A stretch of 64,000 nucleotides of DNA, taken from contig JAWSUS010000002.1 of NCBI GenBank assembly GCA_033549025.1, positions 250,539 through 314,538 of the forward strand, read 5' to 3'. How positions within the stretch are numbered: position 1 is the first letter of the stretch; the number at the start of each line of letters is the position of its first letter. Origin of the DNA: Desulfuromonadales bacterium. Lineage in GTDB: Bacteria > Desulfobacterota > Desulfuromonadia > Desulfuromonadales > SZUA-540. Shown here piece by piece: positions 10,447 to 20,518 of this stretch. A program made the translations under genes and the position numbers. The notes beneath the pieces were generated by a model. The model had not been told where the DNA came from. It did not search any database and saw only the letters and a list, made by a program, of their open reading frames with translations.

Positions 10447-12810
10447 ATGGGGATTCTGCAGACAAAACTACGCCGCGATCTGCTGCAGATGAAAAGTCAG
10501 GCCCTGGCCATCGCCCTGGTCATGGCCTGCGGCATCGCCACCTTCGTCATGTCTCTGTCGACCCTGCAATCGCTGGAACGCACTCTGGACTCTTATTATG
10601 AGCAGTATGGCTTCGCCCAGGTTTTCACTCATCTCAAGCGCGCCCCACAGGCCCTGGCCTCACGTCTGGCCCATATCCCGGGAGTGGCCCGGCTGGAGAC
10701 CCGGGTCGTCGCCCAGGTGACCCTCGACATCGCCGGTCTGAGCGAACCGGCGACCGGACGGCTGATTTCCCTTCCCGAAGGCAGACAACCTCGGCTCAAC
10801 CGTCTGCATCTGCGGAAGGGGCGCCTGCCTGTACCGCAACGGCGCGGGGAAGTGCTGGTCAACCAGCGCTTCGCCGAGGCCCACGGGCTTGAGCCCGGCG
10901 ACCAGGTGCAGGCGATCCTCAACGGCCGCCGCCAGGCCTTGGTCATCGTGGGAGTCGCCCTCTCGCCCGAATACGTCTATCAGATCCGCCCAGGGGAACT
11001 CATCCCCGACGATCGGCGCTTTGGCGTCTTCTGGATGGGCTACGATGACCTAGCCGCCGCCTTTGACCTGGAAGGGGCCTTCAACGACGTCAGTCTCACC
11101 CTGGAGCCGGGAACAATGGCAGCGGAGGTGCGGCAGCGGTTGGATGAGGCGACGGCGGAATACGGGGGGCAGGGGGCTTACAGCCGGGAGGACCAGATGT
11201 CCCACAAACTGGTCTCCAACGAGATGACCCAGCTGCGTGGCATGGCCCTGATTCCACCCACCATTTTCCTGACGGTGGCGGCTTTCCTCCTCAACGTGGT
11301 GCTCAGCCGCCTGATCAGCATCCAGAGGGAACAGATCGCCGCCCTGAAAGCCTTCGGCTACAGTCGTCTGGAGGTCGGCCTGCACTACCTGCGCTTCGGC
11401 CTGGCCATCTCCGTGGCCGGGGCCGTCCTGGGAACGGCGGCCGGGGCCTGGTTCGGGCGGGGGATGACACGCATGTATGCCCGCTTTTTCAGTTTCCCCG
11501 TTTTCGACTACCACCTGGGCTTCGAAGTGGCCCTGATCGCCCTGCTGGTGAGCGGCGGCACCGCCGCCCTCGGCGTGTACGGGTCGGTGCGAAAGGCGGC
11601 GGAACTGCCCCCGGCCGAGGCCATGCGCCCTGAGCCGCCGGCCGCCTTCCGTCCCACCGTCGTCGAGCGCTTGGGCTTGCAGCGATTTCTGACTCAGGGC
11701 GCCCGGATGATTCTGAGACAACTCGAACGCCGGCCTTTCAAGGCCCTGTTTTCCTGCCTGGGCATCGCTCTGGCCGTGGCCGTCATGATCCTGGGCAGCT
11801 TTTCGGAAGATATTATTGAGCACCTCATCGATTTTCAGTTCTTTCAGGCGCAGAGGCAGGACATGACGGTCACCCTGGTGGAACCTGCCGATGGCCGCGC
11901 CCTGACCGCTCTGGCCCACCTGCCGGGTGTACGCCGGGCTGAACCGGTGCGCACCGTTCCCGTGCGCCTGATCTTCGGCCATCGTTCGCGTCTGCTGGCC
12001 ATCACCGGACTCCCCCCCGACGCCAGCCTGCTGCGCCCTCTCAACCGCGATGGCCGGCCTGTTTTTCTGGCGGAACAGGGTCTGGTTCTCTCAGCGGCCC
12101 TGGCCGAATTGCTGGGGGTGACTCCCGGACAGAAGGTGCAGGTCGACGTGCTGGAAGGGAACAGGCCGGTACGGCAGCTCCCAGTTACGGCCCTGGTCGA
12201 AGACTACACCGGCACCTCGGCCTATATGCGCCTGCGCACCCTCCAGCAGCTGATGCGGGAGGAAGATTCCATCTCCGGGGCCAATCTCCTAGTCGACAGC
12301 CGTTTCGAAGAGGAACTGTACCATCGCCTCAAAAACACCCCGGCGGTGGCCGGAGTCACCCTGAAGCGGGGCGCCCTGGAGAGCTTCCGGAAAACCATGG
12401 CGGAAAACCTGCTCCGCATGCGCCTATTCAACATGATTTTCGCCAGCATTATCGCCTTCGGAGTGGTATACAATAGTATGCGTGTCGCTCTATCCGAACG
12501 CAGCCGTGAGCTCGCTACCTTACGGGTGATCGGATTTACCCGGACCGAGATTTCCTGGCTGCTGCTGGGGGAGGCGGGTTTGCTGACCCTGCTTGCCATC
12601 CCCCTGGGGCTGGTGCTCGGCACTGGGTTCGCCGCCCTGGCCACTTGGGCTCTGCAGACGGAGGTGCTGCGGTTTTCCCTCGTGGTCGACCTGTCCACCT
12701 ACGGCACGGCCGCCCTCGTGATTCTCCTCGCGGCCGTGGCTTCGGGACTGGTCGTGCGGCGCAGACTGGACCGACTTGACCTTATTGCCGTCCTCAAAGC
12801 CAGGGAGTAG
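10447..12810 (+). CDS. ABC transporter permease with tandem FtsX/MacB domains
   Basis: QREQIAALKAFGY and ERSRELATLRVIGF motifs; start could be 10435 or 10447. Confidence 0.88.
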   Translation: MGILQTKLRRDLLQMKSQALAIALVMACGIATFVMSLSTLQSLERTLDSYYEQYGFAQVFTHLKRAPQALASRLAHIPGVARLETRVVAQVTLDIAGLSEPATGRLISLPEGRQPRLNRLHLRKGRLPVPQRRGEVLVNQRFAEAHGLEPGDQVQAILNGRRQALVIVGVALSPEYVYQIRPGELIPDDRRFGVFWMGYDDLAAAFDLEGAFNDVSLTLEPGTMAAEVRQRLDEATAEYGGQGAYSREDQMSHKLVSNEMTQLRGMALIPPTIFLTVAAFLLNVVLSRLISIQREQIAALKAFGYSRLEVGLHYLRFGLAISVAGAVLGTAAGAWFGRGMTRMYARFFSFPVFDYHLGFEVALIALLVSGGTAALGVYGSVRKAAELPPAEAMRPEPPAAFRPTVVERLGLQRFLTQGARMILRQLERRPFKALFSCLGIALAVAVMILGSFSEDIIEHLIDFQFFQAQRQDMTVTLVEPADGRALTALAHLPGVRRAEPVRTVPVRLIFGHRSRLLAITGLPPDASLLRPLNRDGRPVFLAEQGLVLSAALAELLGVTPGQKVQVDVLEGNRPVRQLPVTALVEDYTGTSAYMRLRTLQQLMREEDSISGANLLVDSRFEEELYHRLKNTPAVAGVTLKRGALESFRKTMAENLLRMRLFNMIFASIIAFGVVYNSMRVALSERSRELATLRVIGFTRTEISWLLLGEAGLLTLLAIPLGLVLGTGFAALATWALQTEVLRFSLVVDLSTYGTAALVILLAAVASGLVVRRRLDRLDLIAVLKARE

Positions 12811-12814
12811 GCTC

Positions 12815-14020
12815 ATGACCCCGACAATCCGCCGGCGCCTCTGGCTGGCCCTTCTTGTCCTGATCCTCGTCCTACTGTTCGCCTATGCCTTTGTGCCCCG
12901 TCCTGTCGAGGTTGAAATCGTTGAGGCCAAAGAGGGTGCTCTGCAGATCAGCATCGACGAGGACGGCAAGACCCGTGTCAAAGAGCGCTACACCCTGGAC
13001 GCCCCCCTGGCCGGGCGTCTTCTCCGTATCGATCTCGACCCCGGCGATACGGTTCAGGCCGGCAAGACGATGCTGGCCCTGATCGAGCCCGCTGTTCCCG
13101 CCCTGCTCGATGAACGGACCCTGGCCCAGAGCGAGGCCCGGGTCAAAGCGGCGGAAGCGGCCCTGAACCGCAGCCTGGCGAACCAGAACAGTGCGGATCA
13201 ACGCCGCCGGCAGGCTGAGGCCAACACCCAGCGCCGCCAGAAACTCTTCGATCAGCAGATGATCTCCCGCCAGGAGTTCGATGACGCCTCCTATACCTGG
13301 CAGACGGCCCGCGAGGACCATAGGGCCGCTCTTTTTGCCGTGCAGATCGCCCGTTCGGAACTGACCCAGGCCAAAGCGGCCCTGCTGCGCCTGCGGGAAC
13401 TCACGCCGGGCGAACCGCAGGACGCCTTCCCTCTGCTGGCGCCCGCCGACGGGCAGGTCCTGCGGGTGCTGCAGGAAAGCGCCACCGTCGTGGCCCCCGG
13501 CACGCCCCTGGTGGAAGTAGGAAACGCCAAAGATCTTGAAGTCGTCATCGATGTCCTCTCCAGCGATGCCGTGCGCATCCGGCCGGGACAGCGCGTCTTG
13601 CTCGAACAGTGGGGGGGTGGCGAAGCGCTGCCGGGACGCGTGCGGCTGGTGGAGCCGGCGGCCTATACCAAGGTTTCCGCCCTGGGCGTAGAAGAGCAGC
13701 GGGTCGACGTCGTGGTCGACCTGGAGACGCCACCTGAGAGCCGCCCCACCCTGGGAGACGGCTATCGGGTCGAGGCCCGCATCATGGTCTGGGAGAAGGA
13801 TAAGGTGCTGAAGGTGCCTTCGGGCGCGCTCTTCCGCCGCGAAGGCCAGTGGGCCGCCTTCGTCGTGGACGGCAACCGCGCCCGCCTGCGCCCCCTCACG
13901 ACCGGCCAGAGCAACGGCCTGGAGACGGAAATCCTGTCCGGGCTGGATGCCGCCGAGAGGGTGATCCTGCACCCCGGCGACAAGGTCGCCGACGGGGTCC
14001 GTGTGCAGCTGCGACACTGA
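12815..14020 (+). CDS. HlyD/RND periplasmic adaptor subunit
   Basis: N-terminal anchor, lipoyl-like halves, coiled coil, KVSALGVEEQRV. Confidence 0.88.
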   Translation: MTPTIRRRLWLALLVLILVLLFAYAFVPRPVEVEIVEAKEGALQISIDEDGKTRVKERYTLDAPLAGRLLRIDLDPGDTVQAGKTMLALIEPAVPALLDERTLAQSEARVKAAEAALNRSLANQNSADQRRRQAEANTQRRQKLFDQQMISRQEFDDASYTWQTAREDHRAALFAVQIARSELTQAKAALLRLRELTPGEPQDAFPLLAPADGQVLRVLQESATVVAPGTPLVEVGNAKDLEVVIDVLSSDAVRIRPGQRVLLEQWGGGEALPGRVRLVEPAAYTKVSALGVEEQRVDVVVDLETPPESRPTLGDGYRVEARIMVWEKDKVLKVPSGALFRREGQWAAFVVDGNRARLRPLTTGQSNGLETEILSGLDAAERVILHPGDKVADGVRVQLRH

Positions 14021-14083
14021 CGCGGGAGTAGGTGGCCCAAAAATAAGACCACGCCTTTTACCTCGAGAACAGGAGAGACCTTT

Positions 14084-15541
14084 ATGAGCAATCCCCTGCA
14101 ATTCACCATCGGCGCCGCCGCCGGCGAACCCGTCCGCCAGCTGGCCGCCATGTGCAATCGCCACGGCCTCATTACCGGCGCCACTGGCACCGGCAAGACC
14201 GTCACCCTGCAGATTCTGGCCGAGAGCTTCTCTCGGCTGGGCGTGCCCGTCTTCGCCGCCGACATCAAGGGCGATCTCTCCGGCCTCGCTGCCGCCGGTA
14301 CGCCCCATCCGAAAATCGACGCGCGGCTGGCCCAGATTCCCCTCGACAGTTATCAGCTGCGCCCCTGTCCCACCCTCTTCTGGGATATCCACGGGGAAAA
14401 GGGGCAGCCGGTGCGCACCACCCTCAGCGAGATGGGGCCGCTGCTGCTGAGCAACCTGCTGGAGCTGAACGATACCCAGGCTGGCGTCCTCTATGCCGGC
14501 TTCAAGATTGCCGACGACGAAGGGCTGTTGCTGCTCGACCTCAAGGATCTGCGCGCCCTGCTCAGCTGGATGGCCGAGAACGCCGGCACCCTGCGTCAGG
14601 AGTACGGCAATCTCTCGCCGGCCAGCATCGGGGCCATCCAGCGCAAACTTCTCGTCCTGGAAAGTCAGGGGGCCGACCTCTTTTTCGGCGAACCGGCCCT
14701 GGTCCTCGGGGACCTCATGCAAACCGATTTTTCCGGGCAGGGCGTCATCAGCCTGCTCGACGCTACCCGCCTCTACGCCCAGTCCCCTCGCGTCTATACC
14801 ACCTTTCTGCTCTGGCTGCTCTCCGAACTCTTTGAAAATCTCCCCGAGGTGGGCGATGCCGACAAGCCGAAGATGGTCTTCTTTTTCGATGAAGCCCATC
14901 TGCTCTTCGACCAGGCCCCCAAGGTCCTGCTCGACAAAATTGAACAGGTCGTCCGTCTCATCCGCTCCAAGGGGGTAGGCATCTTCTTCATCACGCAAAG
15001 CCCTCTCGACATCCCCGAGGACATTCTGGGCCAGTTGGGCCTGAAGATTCAGCACGCCCTGCGCGCCTTCACCCCCCGCGACCGCAAGGTCATCCGCGCC
15101 GTGGCCCAGACCTTTGCCGACAATCCGGCCTTCGACACCGAGGGAGCCATTACCGACCTCGGCACCGGCGAAGCCCTGGTTTCCACCCTCAGCGCCAAGG
15201 GGGCACCGCTACCGGTCCAGCGCACCCTGATCCGTCCGCCCGAATCGCGCATCGGTCCCTTGAACGAGGAGGAGCGCCGCGAGCGCCTGGAGCGCTCCCC
15301 CCTCAAGGGCCGTTACGATGCGCCGGTCGATCGTGAGTCAGCGTACGAAATTCTCAAGCAGCGCGCCGAAAGACAGCAGGTGGAGACCCCGGCGACACCA
15401 GCGTCCAAACCGGCGGGGCGTTCCCGCCAGAGTCTGGGCGAAGCCTTTATGAAAAGCGCCGCCCGCACCATCGGCAATCAGGTGGGGCGTCAGCTCATCC
15501 GCGGCATCCTGGGCACCTGGTTCGGCGGCGGCAAACGCTGA
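14084..15541 (+). CDS. HerA-like ATPase (YjgR/DUF853 family)
   Basis: NRHGLITGATGTGKT, FFFDEAHLLF, RLIRSKGVG. Confidence 0.88.
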   Translation: MSNPLQFTIGAAAGEPVRQLAAMCNRHGLITGATGTGKTVTLQILAESFSRLGVPVFAADIKGDLSGLAAAGTPHPKIDARLAQIPLDSYQLRPCPTLFWDIHGEKGQPVRTTLSEMGPLLLSNLLELNDTQAGVLYAGFKIADDEGLLLLDLKDLRALLSWMAENAGTLRQEYGNLSPASIGAIQRKLLVLESQGADLFFGEPALVLGDLMQTDFSGQGVISLLDATRLYAQSPRVYTTFLLWLLSELFENLPEVGDADKPKMVFFFDEAHLLFDQAPKVLLDKIEQVVRLIRSKGVGIFFITQSPLDIPEDILGQLGLKIQHALRAFTPRDRKVIRAVAQTFADNPAFDTEGAITDLGTGEALVSTLSAKGAPLPVQRTLIRPPESRIGPLNEEERRERLERSPLKGRYDAPVDRESAYEILKQRAERQQVETPATPASKPAGRSRQSLGEAFMKSAARTIGNQVGRQLIRGILGTWFGGGKR

Positions 15542-15651
15542 AAATATCTGTTTCCTTTAACTAAAAGCTTTTTTTGCCGCCGTCACTGTGATAAGAAATC
15601 AAGATTATCCGGCGGAAAAAGAGGGACATCAGGAGATGCGGTGGTGAACCC

Positions 15652-16653
15652 ATGAACTATGGCGGTCTCGATTATCAATCCATCCTCGAACACCTGTATG
15701 ACGGGGTCTACTTTGTCGATCACGATCGCCGCATCACCTACTGGAACCGGGCAGCGGAGCTGATTACCGGGTACACGGCCTGCGAAGTCATGGGCAAACG
15801 CTGTTCCGACAACATCCTCATGCATGTCGATGACCAGGGGGTCAACCTCTGCGAGAAGGGCTGTCCTCTGGCCCTGACCCTGAACGATTCCAACTACCGG
15901 GAAGCCAATTTCTATCTTCACCACAAAAAAGGGCACCGGGTGCCCGTAGCCATCCGTATTTCGCCTCTGAAGGATCTGGACGGGAGACTGCTCGGCGCCG
16001 TCGAACTCTTTTCCGATTCGAGCCCGAAAGAAGCGATCATGCAGCAGGTCGTCGAACTGACCAAGCTGGCCATGCTCGACACGCTGACCCAACTGGCCAA
16101 CCGCCGCTACCTCGAGATGGAACTGCAATCCCGCCTCGATGAACTCAGGCGCTACCACATGCCTTTTGCCCTGGTCTTCATGGATATCGACCACTTCAAG
16201 AAACTCAACGACACCTACGGCCATAACGCCGGCGACCAGGTGCTGCAGATGGTGGCCAGTACGCTGAATATCAACGCCCGCTCTTTCGACCTGGTCGGCC
16301 GCTGGGGGGGTGAGGAGTTCGTCGCCATTTTGCGCAACGTCGACGGGGAGGCCATGCAGCAGATTGCCGAACGCTTCCGCCATCTTGTGGCCAGGACCAG
16401 CCTGGATTATGGCGAGGCGAACCTGCAGGTCACCCTGTCCCTCGGCGGCACCCTGGCCGTTCCCAGGGATACGATCGAGAGCCTGGTGCAACGGGCTGAC
16501 GCGCTCATGTATCACAGCAAGAAAAGGGGGAGAAACCGTCTGAGCGTCGACGTGAGCAAGGAGGGCATCGTCCCGGGCGACGTCGGATCGTGCGGCTGTC
16601 AATCACCTTTATGCGGCAACCACAAGGACACCAGCGGGGAGACGGGCCGATGA
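15652..16653 (+). CDS. PAS-GGDEF diguanylate cyclase
   Basis: PAS N-terminus; DIDHFK, RSFD I-site, RWGGEEF. Confidence 0.92.
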   Translation: MNYGGLDYQSILEHLYDGVYFVDHDRRITYWNRAAELITGYTACEVMGKRCSDNILMHVDDQGVNLCEKGCPLALTLNDSNYREANFYLHHKKGHRVPVAIRISPLKDLDGRLLGAVELFSDSSPKEAIMQQVVELTKLAMLDTLTQLANRRYLEMELQSRLDELRRYHMPFALVFMDIDHFKKLNDTYGHNAGDQVLQMVASTLNINARSFDLVGRWGGEEFVAILRNVDGEAMQQIAERFRHLVARTSLDYGEANLQVTLSLGGTLAVPRDTIESLVQRADALMYHSKKRGRNRLSVDVSKEGIVPGDVGSCGCQSPLCGNHKDTSGETGR

Positions 16654-16919
16654 GCGAGCGCCGCAACCACGAGCGATTTGAGGTGAGCATCGATATCAAG
16701 GTCATGGAAGAAGGGGGACGCACGACCATCGGCGTCACCCAGAACTTCAGTGACGGCGGCGCCCTGGTGCGCGTCGACCTGGAGCCGCCCCCGGCCGTCG
16801 GCACTGTTATGAGGCTGCAGATCCACGATCCGGGGAGCGCCTTCGAACGCCCCGTTCTCAAGGCCCGGGTCATTCGTGTTTCTGCCGAGGGCATCGCGTT
16901 CGAACTGCTGCACGAATGA
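16650..16919 (+). CDS. PilZ-domain c-di-GMP receptor
   Basis: RRNHER and NFSDGG motifs; ATGA overlap with the cyclase. Confidence 0.85.
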   Translation: MSERRNHERFEVSIDIKVMEEGGRTTIGVTQNFSDGGALVRVDLEPPPAVGTVMRLQIHDPGSAFERPVLKARVIRVSAEGIAFELLHE

Positions 16920-16978
16920 CAGCGACGGTCCATGGCTTTGCCCCCTGTTGACTTGCTCCTTTTAGCGCCACGGGAACT

Positions 16979-17596
16979 GTGCGGATGCTGACCAACCTTA
17001 CCCTGGGCACCCTTTTGGGGTTGGCCGCCGGCTTCGCCCCCGGTCCTCTGCTCTTTCTCGTTCTGCGTGAAAGTCTGCATCACGGCAGCCCTGCCGGCAT
17101 CCGTACAGCCCTGGCCCCGCTGATTTCTGACCCCCCCATCATCCTGCTCAGTTTTTTTCTCGTGGCCGAAATCGCCCGCTACGACCTTATCCTCGGCCTC
17201 ATCTCCCTCGCCGGCGCCGCCCTGGTCGGCCATCTCGGCTGGGACAGTTTCAAAACGGCCGACATCCAGGTCGATCTTAACCAACCGGCGTCTTCCTCCC
17301 TGCGCAAGGGAGTTCTCATCAACGTCCTCAGCCCGCATCCCTACATCTTCTGGTTCACTGTCGGCGCCCCCATTATCCTGCAGGCCCGGGACAGCGGGCC
17401 GCTGGCCATCGCCCTTTTTCTCGGCGGGTTTTATTTTTTTCTGGTCGGCTCCAAGATATTTCTGGCTGTTCTGATCGGCCGCTCCCGGAATTTTCTGGGA
17501 AGCCGCGCCTACCTCATCATCATGCGCCTGCTCGGCGTCCTGCTGCTTCTTTTCGCCGGCCGGCTGCTGCTGGACGCCGTCGCTTTTTTCCGCTGA
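16979..17596 (+). CDS. LysE/RhtB-family translocator
   Basis: APGP N-terminal motif, NVLSPHPYIFW. Confidence 0.85.
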   Translation: MRMLTNLTLGTLLGLAAGFAPGPLLFLVLRESLHHGSPAGIRTALAPLISDPPIILLSFFLVAEIARYDLILGLISLAGAALVGHLGWDSFKTADIQVDLNQPASSSLRKGVLINVLSPHPYIFWFTVGAPIILQARDSGPLAIALFLGGFYFFLVGSKIFLAVLIGRSRNFLGSRAYLIIMRLLGVLLLLFAGRLLLDAVAFFR

Positions 17597-17699
17597 AAAT
17601 TTCTCTCTCCCGTTCTGGACCTTTTCCCCCTTTTTTAATAGACTCTTATCTGCTATTTTGCCGAAGTTGCTTACCACTCCACGCAGCGGAGAAACTGCC

Positions 17700-18773
17700 A
17701 TGGCGAAAATCGACACCCTGTTCAAGGCCTTAAAGGACAAGGGAGCCTCCGACCTGCACCTGTCGCCGACCAACCCGCCGCTGATGCGGGCGGCCGGCGA
17801 CCTGGTCCCGGTGATGCCCAAGCCCCTCAGCCATGAGCAGAACAAGATGCTGCTCTACGAAATCATGACCGAAGAGCAGCGGCAGAACTTCGAGGCGAAT
17901 CTCGATATCGACTTCGCCTACGAAGTACCGGCCCTGCAGTCACGCTTTCGCGCCAATATCTTTTACGGCCGTCTCGGCATCAGCGCCGTCTTCCGCCTGA
18001 TCCCGACCCATATTCTCACCGCCGAGCAACTCGGGCTGCCCCCCGGCGTCCTCAAGTTCACCCAGTATAAACGCGGCCTCGTTCTGGTTACCGGCCCCAC
18101 CGGCAGCGGCAAATCCACCACCCTGGCGGCCATGATCGACCACGTCAACCGCACGCGCCAGGAGCACATCCTCACCATCGAGGACCCCATCGAATTCGTG
18201 CACGTCAGCCAGCAGAGCCTGATCAATCAGCGGGAGGTCCGCCGCCACACCCAGTCCTTCGCCGCCGCCCTCAAGGCCGCTCTGCGCGAGGACCCCGACA
18301 TCATTCTCGTCGGTGAAATGCGCGACCTGGAGACCATCGAACTGGCTATCACCGCCGCCGAGACCGGCCATCTCGTCTTCGGCACCCTGCACACCAATAG
18401 CGCCGCCAAAACTGTCGACCGCATCATCAACGTCTTTCCGACCAACCAGCAGGAGCAGATCCGCGCCATGCTCGGCGAGTCCCTCAAGGGGGTCATTGCC
18501 CAGCAGCTGCTCAAGACCGTGGACGGCAAGCGCTGCGCTGCCCTGGAAATTCTCTCGGTCACCCCCGCCGTCGCCAACCTCATCCGCGAGGGCAAGACCT
18601 TCCAGATCCCTTCCATCATTCAGACCGGCAAAGGGGAGGGGATGCAGCTGATGGATCAGGCCCTGCAGACACTGCTGACCGATAAGCGCATCACGATGGA
18701 GGAAGCCCATCGTTATGCTGTCAATAAAACCCAGTTCCCACTGCCGACCGGAAAAGGAGCCCCCCATGGATGA
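17700..18773 (+). CDS. pilT: Type IV pilus retraction ATPase PilT paralog
   Basis: GASDLHL, GPTGSGKST, TIEDPIE, LREDPD, GTLHT, NLIRE. Confidence 0.92.
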   Translation: MAKIDTLFKALKDKGASDLHLSPTNPPLMRAAGDLVPVMPKPLSHEQNKMLLYEIMTEEQRQNFEANLDIDFAYEVPALQSRFRANIFYGRLGISAVFRLIPTHILTAEQLGLPPGVLKFTQYKRGLVLVTGPTGSGKSTTLAAMIDHVNRTRQEHILTIEDPIEFVHVSQQSLINQREVRRHTQSFAAALKAALREDPDIILVGEMRDLETIELAITAAETGHLVFGTLHTNSAAKTVDRIINVFPTNQQEQIRAMLGESLKGVIAQQLLKTVDGKRCAALEILSVTPAVANLIREGKTFQIPSIIQTGKGEGMQLMDQALQTLLTDKRITMEEAHRYAVNKTQFPLPTGKGAPHG

Positions 18774-19215
18774 CGTCCGCATTGACAAAAACACCCGCCA
18801 CATCGAACTGCTGCTGACCGACGGCAGCCGCGTTGAAGGCGAGGTTTTTCTCAGCCTTTACGGGGCAAGGCACAGCGGCCCCCAGAAAGTCATCGACCTG
18901 TTGCAGGAGACGTCCCTCTTTCTCCCCATCAAAACCTCCACGGGCACCATCCTGGTCAACCGCCAGCAGATCATGACAGTTCGCGTCGCCGCTGACACCG
19001 AGCTGGATGAGCTGATGACGCTCGGTCACAAGCGCCACCTCCGTATCCACACCCGGGATCGGCAGGAGATTGAAGCGGACATTTATGTCGACATGCCCAC
19101 CGGCTTCGGCCGGGTCATGGACTACCTCAACCAGCCCATGAAGTATTACACCTTTTTCGTACCCGACTACGTGCTCTATATCCACCCCCAGTTCATCCTC
19201 TCGGTTCAGGACTGA
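18766..19215 (+). CDS. Hypothetical protein with two similar halves, coupled to pilT
   Basis: AAGGAG RBS, ATG 18766 overlapping the pilT end. Confidence 0.7.
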   Translation: MDDVRIDKNTRHIELLLTDGSRVEGEVFLSLYGARHSGPQKVIDLLQETSLFLPIKTSTGTILVNRQQIMTVRVAADTELDELMTLGHKRHLRIHTRDRQEIEADIYVDMPTGFGRVMDYLNQPMKYYTFFVPDYVLYIHPQFILSVQD

Positions 19216-19248
19216 CCCGGCCGGAGAACCCAGTCGTCAGGAGGTCTT

Positions 19249-20070
19249 ATGAAAAGCCGCATCGCTGAAGCCATCGATCTGCAGCACCAGCCCGTCGCCC
19301 TGCTCTGGAGCGACAGCAAGCCTGAAGGGGCCGTGCAGTTCAGCCCCGGCAAGTGGGGGTGTGTCATGTGGCTGGCGGCCGGGGCGGCCAGGGGAAAAGC
19401 CGGGGCCTGCGACCGTCAGACCTTCGGCTGTGTCGGCGGCGGAGTCGGCCTGGGGTTCGGCGACCAGTACGTCAACTTCCCCGGCGGCAAAGACTGTTTC
19501 TGCCACTTCCTCTCCTCGGGCAATGCCAACTGGGCGCAGGGGAGACAGGCCGCCGAGCAGCTCAAGCCTTTCATGCGCCCGGAAGCCCACGACGACTTCC
19601 TGCACGGCGAACGCTACCTTAAAACCCCCGAACGCGTGGAAAGTTTCATCCAGAACCTCCCCATCATCGAGATCCCCGCACCCTACGTCGTCTTCAAGCC
19701 CCTGGACAGCGTCGACGAAGCGACCGAAAAACCGGAAGTCGTCATCTTCTTCGTCAACCCCGACCAGTTCGCCGCCCTGACCGTACTCGCCAACTACGAC
19801 CGTCCCGATAACGAGAACGTGCTCATCCCCTTTGCCGCCGGCTGCCAGGCCCTCGGCATCTACCCCTACCGTGAAGCGCAGCGACAACGCCCCCGGGCCG
19901 TGGCCGGCCTTATTGATCTGTCTGCCCGCCTGCAGGTGCGCAACCAGCTGGGCGACAATCTGCTCAGTCTGGCTCTGCCCCTGTCCCTCTACCGCGAGAT
20001 GGAAGACAATATTTCCGGATCCTTCCTGCAGCGGCACACCTGGCAGGCCCTGGCGAAGGAAGACGCCTGA
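19249..20070 (+). CDS. DUF169-like Cys-rich protein
   Basis: CVM, FGCVGG, FFVNPDQ, AGCQ motifs; AGGAGG RBS. Confidence 0.7.
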   Translation: MKSRIAEAIDLQHQPVALLWSDSKPEGAVQFSPGKWGCVMWLAAGAARGKAGACDRQTFGCVGGGVGLGFGDQYVNFPGGKDCFCHFLSSGNANWAQGRQAAEQLKPFMRPEAHDDFLHGERYLKTPERVESFIQNLPIIEIPAPYVVFKPLDSVDEATEKPEVVIFFVNPDQFAALTVLANYDRPDNENVLIPFAAGCQALGIYPYREAQRQRPRAVAGLIDLSARLQVRNQLGDNLLSLALPLSLYREMEDNISGSFLQRHTWQALAKEDA

Positions 20071-20123
20071 CCCCGCTTTACCCCCCTTTGTTTCTGCGCC
20101 AGCCCCTTTCCTAAAAATTAATC

Positions 20124-20172
20124 TTGACAAACCCTTTTGGCCGTCTAAAATTATGACCGATTTGGTTATAAT
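20124..20172 (+). promoter_or_regulatory. sigma70 promoter and operator palindrome of the cyd operon
   Basis: TTGACA-16-TAAAAT followed by inverted repeat ATTATGACC-N5-GGTTATAAT. Confidence 0.55.
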
Positions 20173-20281
20173 TCGACAGGCCCATCGGACCTGCCCTTTC
20201 ACCACCACTGGCAATATGGTGAGAACCCGTTAAAATCTATTCGGTTGTATGCCGAAAATCGCCCCAGAGGAGAAGGTTTTC

Positions 20282-20497
20282 ATGGTTATCACGCGCGTCT
20301 ACGCATTCTACCGAGACGGCTTTCGCTCCATGGTGCTGGGTAAAACCCTGTGGAAACTCATGCTCTTCAAGCTTTTCATCATGTTCGCCATCGTCAAATG
20401 GCTCTTTTTCCCCAACTATCTCAACACCCGCTTCGACACCGACGCCGAACGGGCCAACCATGTCCTGGAAAACCTTACACGCAGTCAGGACCATTAA
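20282..20497 (+). CDS. DUF4492-like small membrane protein upstream of cydA
   Basis: FYRDGFRSMVLGKTLW...KLFIMFAI..FFPNYL; position typical of this family. Confidence 0.8.
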   Translation: MVITRVYAFYRDGFRSMVLGKTLWKLMLFKLFIMFAIVKWLFFPNYLNTRFDTDAERANHVLENLTRSQDH

Positions 20498-20518
20498 TTT
20501 CACTTCAGGGAGGTTACC

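Noticed and set aside
14084..15541. HerA-based antiphage system
   Set aside because: It is a YjgR/DUF853-type standalone ATPase with no adjacent NurA, Sir2 or DUF4297 partner.
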